Source: an archaeon | GTDB lineage: Archaea > Nanobdellota > Nanobdellia > Pacearchaeales > GW2011-AR1 | Direction of reading: 5' to 3' | Assembly: GCA_018697295.1 (NCBI GenBank) | Contig: JABHTJ010000002.1 | Location: forward strand, 28,027-92,026 | Length of the DNA stretch: 64,000 bases | Shown here: positions 54,180 to 62,761 of the stretch, piece by piece | How the letters are laid out: every line of letters begins with the position of its first letter | Numbering within the stretch: the first letter of the stretch is position 1 | Translations under genes and position numbers: made by a program | Notes under the pieces: model-generated | The model's input: only the letters and a program-made list of their open reading frames with translations | Database searches by the model: none | Told to the model about the DNA's origin: nothing

Positions 54180-56135
54180 ATGGTAAAAAAGAAAGGAATA
54201 AAATGGGTTGTGAAAAGAGATGGGATGTATTGGCCAAGTGAAGCTATGAAAAAATCTGCGAATATGAGTGATTCAAAAATTTATTCGAAGTCGATGAAAA
54301 ATCCTGTTGCATTTTGGGAAGGGCTTGCTCGCGAAGGTTTGACGTGGGAGAAAGAATGGGAAAGTAAAAATGCTTATGTTGAAAAGTTGCCTTATTTTGA
54401 ATGGTTTAAGGGTGGGAAAATAAATTTTTCAGTTAATTGTGTGGATCGTCATATGGGGAATTCTTCAAGAACGGCTCTTATTTGGGTTCCTGAACCTGTT
54501 GATGAAAAACCAATAATTTTGACCTATGGGGAATTGTATAATAAAGTAAATCGATTTGCGAATGTTTTGAAAAAATATAATGTGAAGAAAGGCGATATTG
54601 TTTCGATTTATCTTCCTATGGTTCCGGAAGCTTTGATTGCGATGCTTGCGTGTGCTCGAATTGGTGCGATTCATTCAGTCGTCTTTAGTGCATTTTCTGC
54701 TGATGCCCTAAAAGCTCGAATTCAGGACGCCGAGGCAAAAATTCTTATTACAAGTGATGGATATTATCGACGTGGAAAGCCGGAATCTTTAATTAAAAAA
54801 GCAAAATCTGCGATTAAAAAAACTACAATAAAAAATGTTATTGTTGTTGATCGAATTGGGAAGAAAGTTCGTGGGAAAATGTTTAAGGATTTTGAAACTG
54901 AAATGGCAGATGTAGATTCTTATGCGAAGCCAGAAATTATGAATTCTGAAGATCCATTATTTATTTTATATACGAGTGGGACGACGGGAAAACCAAAAGG
55001 TGTTGTTCATGATACTGGCGGATATGCGGCGCAGGCCTATTGGACTTGTAAATGGAATTTTGATTTGAAACCTGAAGACACAATGTGGTGTACTGCTGAT
55101 GTTGGCTGGATTACGGGACATACTTATGCATTTTATGGGCCTCTTTTAACTGGGGCGACATCTTTAGTTTATGAGGGTGGTCCTGATTTTCCCAATCCTG
55201 GACGCTGGTGGAAGATTATTCAAGACCATAAAGTTAACATATTTTATACAGCCCCGACGGCGATTAGAATGTTTATGAATATTAATCAAAATTGGATTAA
55301 AAAATATGATTTATCGAGTCTTCGTGTTCTTGGAACTGTTGGAGAGCCAATCGATAAGGTTTCATGGATGTGGTATTTTAACACTATTGGAGGTGGAAGA
55401 TGTCCGATTATTGATACTTGGTGGCAAACTGAAACTGGTGGAACTTTAATTAATACTTTGGCTGGTGTTGGGCCTTTTGTTCCGACGATTTCTGGAAAAA
55501 GTTTTCCAGGCCTTTCACATAAAATTGTTAATGAAGAGGGGCATTCGGTGAAGAAAGGGAATAAGGGGTTTTTGGTTCAACAAAGTCCGTTTGCGCCGAG
55601 CATGCTCCATGGAGTTTTTAAGAATCATAAAAAATATGTGGATACGTATTGGAAGAAATACAAGACAATGTATGATACGAGTGATGGTGCTTATATGGAT
55701 CGAGGTCTTATCCGAATTACTGGAAGAACTGATGATGTGATGAAAGTTGCAGGACACAGACTCTCAACTGCAGAACTTGAGAATGCAATTCACGATAATT
55801 CTTTAGTTTTAGATGTTGCTGTTGTTTCAATGCCTGATAAAATTAAAGGTGAAGCTCCTATTGCATTCGTTGTTTTGAAATCTGGAAAAGCATCTAAAAA
55901 TTTGGAAAAGAAATTAAAATCTTATGTTGATTCGAAAATTGGTCCAACAGCTCGACCAAGGAGAATATTTTTTGTTGCAGATTTGCCCAAGACTCGGAGT
56001 GGAAAAATTATGCGGAGAATTTTGAAAGCTTTGCTCGTTAATGAAGAACCCAAAGGCTTGATGACACTCGTTAATCCCGAATCTGTTGCGAAGATAGATT
56101 TGATTTTACAAGGGCAAAATATTTTGAAAAAATAA
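54180..56135 (+). CDS. acs: Acetyl-CoA synthetase (AMP-forming)
   Basis: YTSGTTGKPKG, WCTADVGWITGH, DTWWQTETG, GRTDDV, PKTRSGKIMRR. Confidence 0.96.
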   Translation: MVKKKGIKWVVKRDGMYWPSEAMKKSANMSDSKIYSKSMKNPVAFWEGLAREGLTWEKEWESKNAYVEKLPYFEWFKGGKINFSVNCVDRHMGNSSRTALIWVPEPVDEKPIILTYGELYNKVNRFANVLKKYNVKKGDIVSIYLPMVPEALIAMLACARIGAIHSVVFSAFSADALKARIQDAEAKILITSDGYYRRGKPESLIKKAKSAIKKTTIKNVIVVDRIGKKVRGKMFKDFETEMADVDSYAKPEIMNSEDPLFILYTSGTTGKPKGVVHDTGGYAAQAYWTCKWNFDLKPEDTMWCTADVGWITGHTYAFYGPLLTGATSLVYEGGPDFPNPGRWWKIIQDHKVNIFYTAPTAIRMFMNINQNWIKKYDLSSLRVLGTVGEPIDKVSWMWYFNTIGGGRCPIIDTWWQTETGGTLINTLAGVGPFVPTISGKSFPGLSHKIVNEEGHSVKKGNKGFLVQQSPFAPSMLHGVFKNHKKYVDTYWKKYKTMYDTSDGAYMDRGLIRITGRTDDVMKVAGHRLSTAELENAIHDNSLVLDVAVVSMPDKIKGEAPIAFVVLKSGKASKNLEKKLKSYVDSKIGPTARPRRIFFVADLPKTRSGKIMRRILKALLVNEEPKGLMTLVNPESVAKIDLILQGQNILKK

Positions 56136-56195
56136 TTTTTTTTAACTTTTTAACTTACATAAAATTTATAAAGAATCTTTATTATTAAATGATGT

Positions 56196-56411
56196 ATGGA
56201 TGAGAAAAAGCGGATAAAAATTTTGGTAGTTATCACAGTTATTTTAGTAATTATTGCAATCTTTTTTGCGATTTTTGCCGATGATTCTGAAAAAGTTTCT
56301 CTAGATTCTGGACTTGGTGGGCAAAGTCCTGCTGGCACTGGGAATGTAGTTATTTCTATTGGCGAGTCTAATGTTGAAGATCGTGGAAATTCTCTGGGAG
56401 ATTTAGCATGA
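56196..56411 (+). CDS. Small membrane-anchored protein
   Basis: N-terminal TM, short extracellular tail with GTGNVVISI; ATGA overlap with next gene. Confidence 0.7.
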   Translation: MDEKKRIKILVVITVILVIIAIFFAIFADDSEKVSLDSGLGGQSPAGTGNVVISIGESNVEDRGNSLGDLA

Positions 56412-56986
56412 ATTTAACAAAAAATGATTATATTACCTATCTTTTAGTTTTGGTAATAATAATTTCTTTAGGATTTATTGGAATTAACTTTACTGGTTAT
56501 GTTACTGATACTGCTTTTTTGAACGTTACTGTTACAAGCACTGCAAATATTAATTTTACTTCTGCTAACATAACTTTTGAGTCTGGAATCGTTACCGGGG
56601 GAAAATCTTTTGCATATCTAGATACTGAGGGAAATATTGTTGATGGTTCTTGGGGCGTTGTTTCAAGTGGTTTTGTTTTAGAAAATATTGGAAATGTTAA
56701 TGTTACTCTAAATATTACCTCCAGTAATGATGCTGATGGCTTTATTGGGGGGAGTAGTCCTGCCTATAGGTATAAAATTAGTGATGTTGAAACTTCTTCT
56801 TGTACTGGTGGCGGTGCTAGCTCATATATTCCCTTAAATGAAACTGGCCCTGTACTTGCTTGCGCAATTTTTTCATATCATAATACTTATGATTCGATTA
56901 ATCTAGATATTAATTTAACAATTCCAAATGATGCAACTCTTGGAGAATTGAATTCAACAATTATTGCAATTGGAACTGCAATTTAA
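56408..56986 (+). CDS. Secreted Ig-like subunit homologous to the C-terminal domain of the 1978-aa protein (candidate fimbrial subunit)
   Basis: TM then FTGYV; FVLENIGNV, YRYKI, LDINLTIP..G...I motifs shared with 7820-8236. Confidence 0.8.
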   Translation: MNLTKNDYITYLLVLVIIISLGFIGINFTGYVTDTAFLNVTVTSTANINFTSANITFESGIVTGGKSFAYLDTEGNIVDGSWGVVSSGFVLENIGNVNVTLNITSSNDADGFIGGSSPAYRYKISDVETSSCTGGGASSYIPLNETGPVLACAIFSYHNTYDSINLDINLTIPNDATLGELNSTIIAIGTAI

Positions 56987-57053
56987 TTTTTTCTTTGACT
57001 AGTCATTAAAAAGATTTAAATAATTCCATTGATATTTTTTGTTAGGTGATTTT

Positions 57054-58247
57054 ATGAATAAAAAAATTTTATTATTTTTATTATTTCTTGGTTTAGCTAT
57101 AGCTCCCTTTATCGAGGCTGGAGCGATTGGAATTAATCCTGCTAAATTTAATCTTATTTACTTTGAACCTGGGCTTGAGCAGCAATTTGAAATAAATATT
57201 TTTAGTGATGATCCTCTTGAGCCGATTGAAATTTATTTTGAAGGAGATCTTAAAGATTATGCTTCTGCCGAACCAAAATCTTTTATTGGAGAAGGTACTT
57301 CTATTGTGACACTTAGACTTCCGGAAACTTCACTGAAGCCTGGCCCGAGTATTTTGTATGTTGGTGGGATTGAAAAGAAAGGCGAGGGGGGAACTATTGG
57401 CGGGCTTGCTTCTATTAGAGTTCCCATTCGAGTTTTTGTTCCTTATCCGGGAAGGTATCTTGAAATGGATTTTGACATTTTAGATATTAATGTTGGAGAA
57501 AAAACTTCTTATCGACTTGATGTTTCAAATTTAGGTACTGAAGATTTGGTAATTTCTCCGACTATTGAACTCTATGTGGATGATGCAAATGGGGAGCTTG
57601 TTCTTACAAAGACACTTGAGCCTATCGAACTTTTTTCTAAAAATTCATTTAATTCAATTGAAGAACTTAATACTTCTTTTCTTAAACAAGGAAATTATTT
57701 TGCTCTTGCACGTGTTGATTATGGCGAAGATTCCTTAGGAGAAAACCTGTCATTTAGAATTGGACATTTTGCTATTGATATTGAAGATTATGATCATTTA
57801 TTTGAAACTGGAAAAATAAATCCATTTAATCTTGAGATAAAAAGTGAATGGAATTCTGAAATTAAGGGGGTCTATGCGTCCATTGTGGTTACTGATGAAG
57901 GGAACATTGTTCAAAAAATGGTGACGCCTTCGATTAATTTAGATCCTTGGCAACGAGTGAATCTTACCGGTTTTTTTGATGCAACAAACCTTACTACCAA
58001 AAGATATCTTGCAAATATCAATGTGTATTATGGAGGCTCTATTTCAAATAAACTTGTAGCTATTTATACTAATGATCCTCCAAAAGAACCTTTTGTTTGG
58101 CTAAATTATTATTCCTATCTTCTTGTAGGTATTTTATTCCTTGTCTTTGTAATCGCCTATTTGGTTTACTGGGTTTGGAAATTAAAATCATTTCTTCGAA
58201 AGGGTGGTAAAACTCATGGTTCAAAAAAAAGGAAAAAAAAGAAATAG
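57054..58247 (+). CDS. Multi-Ig-domain membrane protein, paralog of 8236..9447
   Basis: IGINPAK..FEPG, EGDLKDY, VPYPGRY, G.Y.A.A..DYG, C-terminal TM and basic tail; SD AGGTGA. Confidence 0.85.
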   Translation: MNKKILLFLLFLGLAIAPFIEAGAIGINPAKFNLIYFEPGLEQQFEINIFSDDPLEPIEIYFEGDLKDYASAEPKSFIGEGTSIVTLRLPETSLKPGPSILYVGGIEKKGEGGTIGGLASIRVPIRVFVPYPGRYLEMDFDILDINVGEKTSYRLDVSNLGTEDLVISPTIELYVDDANGELVLTKTLEPIELFSKNSFNSIEELNTSFLKQGNYFALARVDYGEDSLGENLSFRIGHFAIDIEDYDHLFETGKINPFNLEIKSEWNSEIKGVYASIVVTDEGNIVQKMVTPSINLDPWQRVNLTGFFDATNLTTKRYLANINVYYGGSISNKLVAIYTNDPPKEPFVWLNYYSYLLVGILFLVFVIAYLVYWVWKLKSFLRKGGKTHGSKKRKKKK

Positions 58248-58632
58248 AATTTTGCTTGTCTTATTGGTTCTTATTTTGATTGTTCTTGTTAGTTTTATGA
58301 AATTTCCTCTAGCTTCTAGTGAAATTCCAGTAACTTTTATTTTTGGGAATCATTCAGGGTTTGATTTAAATCCTGAAATTTTATCTTTTGGGATGATAAG
58401 TTCTTCTAGTTCTTCATCTCGAGGAATTGTAGTTTCTAATGATTTTGATTATCCTGTCAAAATTATTATTGAGGCGAAGGGACAAATAAGGTCAAATCTC
58501 ATTGTTTCTGAAAATGACTTTTATCTTGAACCGTTTGAATCTCGTGAAGTTATTTTCTCCATTCACTCTTTTGGCTTAACTGAATTTAAGAAATATGAGG
58601 GTTCTGTATTAATTAATTCTTACTCTGTATAA
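58216..58632 (+). CDS. Membrane-anchored Ig-like hypothetical protein
   Basis: Basic N-terminus, TM, GFDL...LSFG...R.IVVSN motif. Confidence 0.75.
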   Translation: MVQKKGKKRNRILLVLLVLILIVLVSFMKFPLASSEIPVTFIFGNHSGFDLNPEILSFGMISSSSSSSRGIVVSNDFDYPVKIIIEAKGQIRSNLIVSENDFYLEPFESREVIFSIHSFGLTEFKKYEGSVLINSYSV

Positions 58633-58702
58633 GTTTGTCGACTCTGTTTGAAATTTGAAAAGATTTATATAAGTTGGTGATTGTTTTTGCTTAGGTGATG
58701 TT

Positions 58703-60232
58703 ATGCGATTGAATATTTTAATTGGGGGTAAGGCTGGTCAGGGAATAAACAAGGTTTCTGGAATTGTTTCTGGGGTCCTTTCTAAATTGGGTTATTTTAC
58801 TTTTAATTATCGAGATTATCCTTCTCTTATTCGTGGAGGTCATAATTTTAATGTTTTGTCAATTTCTGATGAGCAAATTGAAAGTCATGAGTCAAGTCTT
58901 GATGTAATTGTTGCGATGGATGAAAGAACACTTGAAACCCACAAATCTTTTCAAAAAACTGATTGTGAAATTATTAAGGCAGATGAATTTAAGGATGCTG
59001 GGAAGAATTTGAACATTGTTCTTGCTGGGATTTTGATTAAGCTGCTCGGTATTTCTTTTAAGAGTCTTTCTGAAGAACTTGTCTTGCAATTTAAGGAAAG
59101 TAAGGACAAGGCGGCTTTTGCTAAAAAGGGATTTGATTCGCGAAAGAAAAAATTTGATTTGAAACCTTTGAAGAAAAAAATTTCAATTCTTTCTGGAAGT
59201 GAGGCTGTTGCGGTTGGAGCCCGAAATTCTGGACTTGATATTTATTTTGCCTATCCGATGACTCCTGCGACAAATGCGCTACACGAACTTGCAAAAGATC
59301 AGGTCAAAAATAATTTGATGGTTTTTCAAGCAGAAAATGAAATTGCTGCAGCGAGTATGGCGATTGGTGCATCGTTTGCTGGTGCTAAGGTTTTGACTGG
59401 AACGAGCGGCGGTGGATTTGATTTGATGAGCGAAACATTATCTTTGCAAGGAATTACTCAAATTCCCTTGACTGTTTATTTGGCTTCTCGTCCTGGTCCT
59501 GGAACAGGGATTCCGACTTATACTTCTCAAGGGGATTTAAATTTAGCACTTCGTGCAGGTCACGGCGAATTTCCGCGAATTGTTGTTGCTCCGGGAAATG
59601 CGGTTGAACAAATAGAAAAAACTTCTGAGGCACTTTTTTTAGCCGAGCATTTTAGAATACTTTCTATTATTTTGTCAGATAAACATTTAGCTGAATCTGA
59701 ATTTTCTAGCGATGTTGGGCCTACAAAGACTCCTTATTTTGAGGTTATTCGAGAAAGTCCAGGTTCTTCGATTATTAAAGCATCTTCATACGAAACTAAT
59801 GAACATGGTTTATCGACGGAGTCTGCAGTTATTGCCGGGAAGAATATTGGCGAGCGTATGAAAAAATATGAAACTTCAAAAGAATTTATTGAAAAACATT
59901 TTAAGATGGTTAAATATCATGGGAAAATGGACTCAAAAAATTTGGTTATTGGTTGGGGTTCTACGAGTGGTGCGATTAAGGATGCTATAAAAGGTTTAGA
60001 TGCTAAATTTTTGCAAGTACTTTATATGAAACCACTTTCTAGCGAGATAAAAAATGAAATTGAAAAATCTGACAAGGTTGTTTTGGTTGAATGCAATGTA
60101 ACTGGGCAACTTGGGCGTTTGATTCGTGAAAAAACTGGGATTAAAATTAAGAATCGAATTTTAAAATATAATGGTCGGCCATTTTATTGCGATGAACTAA
60201 ACGGATATTTGAAAAAGGTGATTGGAGGATGA
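58703..60232 (+). CDS. korA: 2-oxoacid:ferredoxin oxidoreductase alpha subunit (gamma-alpha fusion)
   Basis: GGKAGQGI, SLIRGGHN, AYPMTPAT, QAENEIAA, TSGGGF, RPGPGTG.PT. Confidence 0.93.
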   Translation: MRLNILIGGKAGQGINKVSGIVSGVLSKLGYFTFNYRDYPSLIRGGHNFNVLSISDEQIESHESSLDVIVAMDERTLETHKSFQKTDCEIIKADEFKDAGKNLNIVLAGILIKLLGISFKSLSEELVLQFKESKDKAAFAKKGFDSRKKKFDLKPLKKKISILSGSEAVAVGARNSGLDIYFAYPMTPATNALHELAKDQVKNNLMVFQAENEIAAASMAIGASFAGAKVLTGTSGGGFDLMSETLSLQGITQIPLTVYLASRPGPGTGIPTYTSQGDLNLALRAGHGEFPRIVVAPGNAVEQIEKTSEALFLAEHFRILSIILSDKHLAESEFSSDVGPTKTPYFEVIRESPGSSIIKASSYETNEHGLSTESAVIAGKNIGERMKKYETSKEFIEKHFKMVKYHGKMDSKNLVIGWGSTSGAIKDAIKGLDAKFLQVLYMKPLSSEIKNEIEKSDKVVLVECNVTGQLGRLIREKTGIKIKNRILKYNGRPFYCDELNGYLKKVIGG

Positions 60233-60579
60233 AGAAGAAGACGAATAATAATTTTTTAATAATAGATATAGTTTTTGCGATATTAACAATTTTAGTTGTG
60301 ATTTCTCTTTTTCAGAATATACTTCTTGCCTCATTTTTATTAGCTATTATTTCGGCAATTTATATTTATATAAAAAAATCAAAAACAGTTTTTTTTATAT
60401 TTCTCATTGGAGCTATTTGGGGTCCGATTTCTGAAATATTAGTCATTTCTTTTTCTGGTGCTTGGTTTTACTCAAATCCGAACGTCTTTGGATTAATACC
60501 TTTTTGGTTGTTTTTTGTATGGGGAAACGCTGCAATATTTTTATATTCAATATCTAAATATTTGGATGGTTTGAAATGA
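60229..60579 (+). CDS. Four-TM membrane protein (DUF2878-like) between korA and korB
   Basis: GPISE....GAWFY..P....IPFWL..VWG motif; ATGA overlaps at both ends. Confidence 0.75.
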   Translation: MKKKTNNNFLIIDIVFAILTILVVISLFQNILLASFLLAIISAIYIYIKKSKTVFFIFLIGAIWGPISEILVISFSGAWFYSNPNVFGLIPFWLFFVWGNAAIFLYSISKYLDGLK

Positions 60580-61469
60580 AAAAGGAAATTAAAAAAACTT
60601 CGAAAGTAATCAAGAAAAAAATTACTACAAAAGAAATGCTTGGAACGGGTACAGAAAATACGTGGTGTCCGTCATGTCCGAATTTTTTAATTTTGGAAGC
60701 GTTCAAACAAACTATTGCGAAGTTTATTGATTCAAAAAAATATGTTCACGAGGATTTTGCGATGACTGCAGATATTGGATGTCATGGGAAGATTTTTGAT
60801 TATGTAAATATGTCCGGATTTTATACGCTTCATGGGAGAACGCTTCCTGTCGCTATGGGAATGAAACTTGGAAATCCTCATTTGAAAGTTATTGCGTTTG
60901 GTGGCGATGGTGCGATTTATTCGGAAGGGATAAGTCACTTTATTCACACATTTAAGTATAATCCTGATATGACGCTTTTAGTTCACGATAATCAATCATT
61001 TTCTTTAACGACTGGTCAACCTACGCCAACTTCTCAGAAAGGATATGTTGCAAAAAGTGAGCCGCTTGGAAAAACTGACATGCCGTTTAATCCATTATTT
61101 TTAGCATTTGCATCTGGAGCGACTTTTATTGCGAGAACGAATGCAAGAGATTTGAAACATATGATTGCTACATTTACTAAGGCGATTAATCATCGAGGTT
61201 TTTCTTATGTTGAGATTATGCAGGATTGTATTGTTTTTAACTTGGAGATTAATCGAAAAGATGAAATTATGTATAAGGTTTCTGATAATAAGGATCCTGT
61301 TAAAGCGCTTGAAATGATTAGGGAATGGGATTATAATTCCAAGCAAGGGAAAATTGCGCTCGGTGTTTTATACAAGATAAAAGCTCCGACGGAAGAAGAT
61401 AAGTGGCCACAACTTCAAGATTTAATGAAGAGAGATGTTAGTTGGCAACATAAAGGTCATGGGAAATAA
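60576..61469 (+). CDS. korB: 2-oxoacid:ferredoxin oxidoreductase beta subunit
   Basis: WCPSCPNF, IGCHG, LHGR, GGDG...DN..FSLTTGQ TPP-binding motif. Confidence 0.93.
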   Translation: MKKEIKKTSKVIKKKITTKEMLGTGTENTWCPSCPNFLILEAFKQTIAKFIDSKKYVHEDFAMTADIGCHGKIFDYVNMSGFYTLHGRTLPVAMGMKLGNPHLKVIAFGGDGAIYSEGISHFIHTFKYNPDMTLLVHDNQSFSLTTGQPTPTSQKGYVAKSEPLGKTDMPFNPLFLAFASGATFIARTNARDLKHMIATFTKAINHRGFSYVEIMQDCIVFNLEINRKDEIMYKVSDNKDPVKALEMIREWDYNSKQGKIALGVLYKIKAPTEEDKWPQLQDLMKRDVSWQHKGHGK

Positions 61470-61517
61470 TAGGATAAATAATTTTAAAAAAATAAAAAAA
61501 TAATTTAAGGTTTGTTT

Positions 61518-62126
61518 TTATATGCAAGGATTAATGCTTCTGAAAAGAATTCCCCTAGAATCTACGCAAACATATGCATTTCCTCCAGTGGAATCTGCTA
61601 AGCCTACAATTTCAATATCTTTTGTTCCCCCTTTTCCGAGTCGCATAATTGACCCTAGATTATTTGCGTGGAATGAAAGATCTTCTGAAGGTCCAAGACT
61701 GAAAAACCATTCATTTGTTGGGGCCCCAGTATTAAATTCTTTAACCAATTTTAAGACTCTTGTATCTTGTAACGGTCCCGCTTTTATAATTGTCCTATAG
61801 GGATCTATTATTAATCGCGTTTCAGTAAAAAGTGGTTGAGAAATATGGGTTCCTCTTATGGAAAATTCGTCTCCTGAGGCTGCCATGCTCCATTCATCTC
61901 CACCATCATTTAGCTTTAATAAATTATGGTAAAGACCTCCTACTATTGCTGGATTTCCTGATAAAGTTTTTAAATTATTAACCTCACACGTACTATCTCC
62001 TGTACAAGAACTTGCATCGGAGCCTATCCTAAAAATTGCATTCCCCGTAATTCCTTGAGAAAATGACATTAAAAGAATGGCTGTGATAAGAACTGCACTC
62101 AAAATTCCGATTTGTTTTTTATTCAT
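61518..62126 (-). CDS. Secreted beta-rich protein (fibre-like)
   Basis: Signal helix then ITGNAIF, short beta repeats, C-terminal AYVCVDS.G.LFRS..PC; SD GGAGGT. Confidence 0.8.
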   Translation of the reverse strand: MNKKQIGILSAVLITAILLMSFSQGITGNAIFRIGSDASSCTGDSTCEVNNLKTLSGNPAIVGGLYHNLLKLNDGGDEWSMAASGDEFSIRGTHISQPLFTETRLIIDPYRTIIKAGPLQDTRVLKLVKEFNTGAPTNEWFFSLGPSEDLSFHANNLGSIMRLGKGGTKDIEIVGLADSTGGNAYVCVDSRGILFRSINPCI

Positions 62127-62182
62127 TAATTATTTACCTCCTTTCATTAAGCTTTAATCATTTAGGGTATATATATTTTGCT

Positions 62183-62761
62183 TTACAAAATATTAGTTTG
62201 ATTTCTTCCATTTTTTTTGGAAATGTAGAGTGCTTTATCTGCACGGTTAATCATTCTTTTTTGTGTGTCTAATTTTTTATATTCGGTAACTCCTAGAGAA
62301 ATTTGGACATTATATTTTTTGAGGAGAGTATTTTTTGGAAGGCTGAGGCGTAATCTTTCTGCAACTTTTTTTGCTTTTGCAATATTTGTTTCTGGGAGTA
62401 AAACAAAAAATTCTTCTCCTCCAAATCTTGAAGGGATGTCGTATTTACGAACTGTTTTTTGCAGAACTTTTGCTAGCTCGACTAAAACATCATCACCTAC
62501 AAGATGACCGTATGAGTCGTTAAATTTTTTGAAAAAATCAATGTCGACTATTATGAGTGATAAATTTTGCATTTCTCTTTTTGCTTTTTCTAATTCCATT
62601 TCAAAAACATTTTTGAAAAATCGGTGATTATAGAGTTTTGTCTTTTCGTCTCTGATGGCAGTATCATGTAGTTCAAATAATGAATTTTTAACTTCGGCTA
62701 AAACTCCTTCGATATGTTTTTTGAAATCAGGATCAATTACTTTTGGATTTCTTTTTTTCAT
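62183..62761 (-). CDS. GGDEF-domain diguanylate cyclase
   Basis: D.KT.LYN, DIDFFKKFNDSYGHLVGD, RxxD I-site (RKYD), RFGGEEF, AE.LR, S.G, ADKALY.SK..GRN. Confidence 0.93.
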   Translation of the reverse strand: MKKRNPKVIDPDFKKHIEGVLAEVKNSLFELHDTAIRDEKTKLYNHRFFKNVFEMELEKAKREMQNLSLIIVDIDFFKKFNDSYGHLVGDDVLVELAKVLQKTVRKYDIPSRFGGEEFFVLLPETNIAKAKKVAERLRLSLPKNTLLKKYNVQISLGVTEYKKLDTQKRMINRADKALYISKKNGRNQTNIL

